Origin: Mustelus asterias
Taxonomy: Eukaryota
Length of the DNA stretch: 64,000 nt
Assembly: GCF_964213995.1 (NCBI RefSeq)
Contig: NC_135828.1
Location: 30,504,001 to 30,568,000 of the forward strand
Direction: 5' to 3'
Below, piece after piece: positions 63,047 to 64,000 of the stretch (position 1 is the first letter of the stretch; every line of letters begins with the position of its first letter). Position numbers and translations under genes: made by a program. The notes under the pieces were generated by a model. That model made no database searches, was not told where the DNA came from, and saw nothing but the letters and a program-made list of their open reading frames with translations.

Positions 63047-63644
63047 AATAAATGCATGTGGTTGCGGGGATAGGGCCTGGGTGGAATTGTTGTCATTGCA
63101 GGGTCAATGGACCGAGTAAACTACTTCTGCATTGCAGGTATTCTATTCTAGTCTAAAGATAGATGCTTACCTGGTCTGTGGCATATTTGACACCAGGCCC
63201 TCGCCCAGGCGTTGACTACTAATTGACCTCTGAAATAACCTAGCAAGCCATTCAGTTGTACCACCAAGGCATGCTCTAGGACAACTTGACATGGACAACA
63301 TCCTTTCTGGACACGCCGACATTACAGAATACCAAAAGCAAAAGCAAACAACAGGATACATTTCTGTGATAAATACAAAATGAAACCCAACTGCCTTTGA
63401 CTAAGAATTTGTCTGAGTCCCTAATCATATTTGGAAATGCATTGTGTATTTCTATTCTGCCAGCAAGATGGATGGTTTCAGGCTTCATCATGGTATGTTA
63501 AGTCTTGCCAAAGGTTTTGGTTGGTCCAATTAATTTGCCTTCGCTCTAGGTCCCTCTCAGGTCAATATTCCCCACTTTGCTTTTCATCACCAAGAAAAGT
63601 GAGCCCACCATATTAGGTCTGCATTTTATTTATTTATTTTTCAG

Positions 63645-64000
63645 TTAAATTTGGCTTAATAATCGGAGGTTTTTTTTCAAAACAGGAAGTAGGCCCAGGA
63701 GCAGCCTGGGGAGGTTTTTTGGAGGGTTTAAATGCAGGCCGCACTTTTGAGCGGGCAGCGTCTGGAGCGGGCAGTGGAGTGAGCAGGGAGCAGAGTGTGA
63801 GCTGTAAGGGCTTTGGCTCACAGGGCTTAGGCGAAGGCGAGGAAGGTTGTTTGTTTTTCTTCTGTTACACCCCCTTTTTTGTTTTATCTCCCAAAAACTA
63901 AACAGGACATGGCTGGTATGAGGGGGAGGCCAGTATACTGCATTCGGTGTGGGATGTGGGAGTTCCTGCAGACAACTTGCCTCCCGGAAGTCCATATCTG
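63645..64000 (+). mobile_element. 5'UTR and ORF1 start of a CR1 LINE running off the window
   Basis: GAGCAGAGTGTGAGCTGTAAGGGCTTTGGCTCACAGGGCTT is shared with 13170-13215 (-); CxxC-GMWE start of ORF1. Confidence 0.8.

Noticed and set aside
1-64000. Prokaryotic systems (CRISPR, retrons, DGRs) suggested by the many RT ORFs and repeats; also NAR-TCR or Ig V segments
   Set aside because: All RTs are vertebrate non-LTR retrotransposon fragments, there is no spaced repeat array, and no IgH- or NAR-type V segment was seen

Overview
Vertebrate genomic DNA, most likely from a shark or other elasmobranch (inferred from the TCR sequence style and the CR1/tRNA-SINE/Penelope repeat content). The window holds the germline 3' part of a T-cell receptor beta (TRB) locus on the + strand. 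In order: a disrupted TRBV pseudogene (1289-5019), an intact TRBV (leader 6711-6756, V exon 7165-7466, 23-RSS), one TRBD (23351-23362, 12/23 RSS), seven intact-looking TRBJ segments (23848-35821; one has IGDG in place of FGxG), two decayed J relics, and TRBC exons 1-3 (57902-59280). The cytoplasmic exon was not found. Much of the rest is retrotransposon: many CR1-type LINEs (one near full length), tRNA-derived SINEs and Penelope-like (GIY-YIG) elements. The most unusual structures are (i) Penelope insertions shaped as DNA palindromes that carry hammerhead-ribozyme-like motifs, with a CR1 LINE next to the apex in both long palindromes, and (ii) a 7.3-kb stack of six nested elements splitting the J cluster. 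J numbering is local to this window. Bases 21425-22914 are mostly assembly gap.
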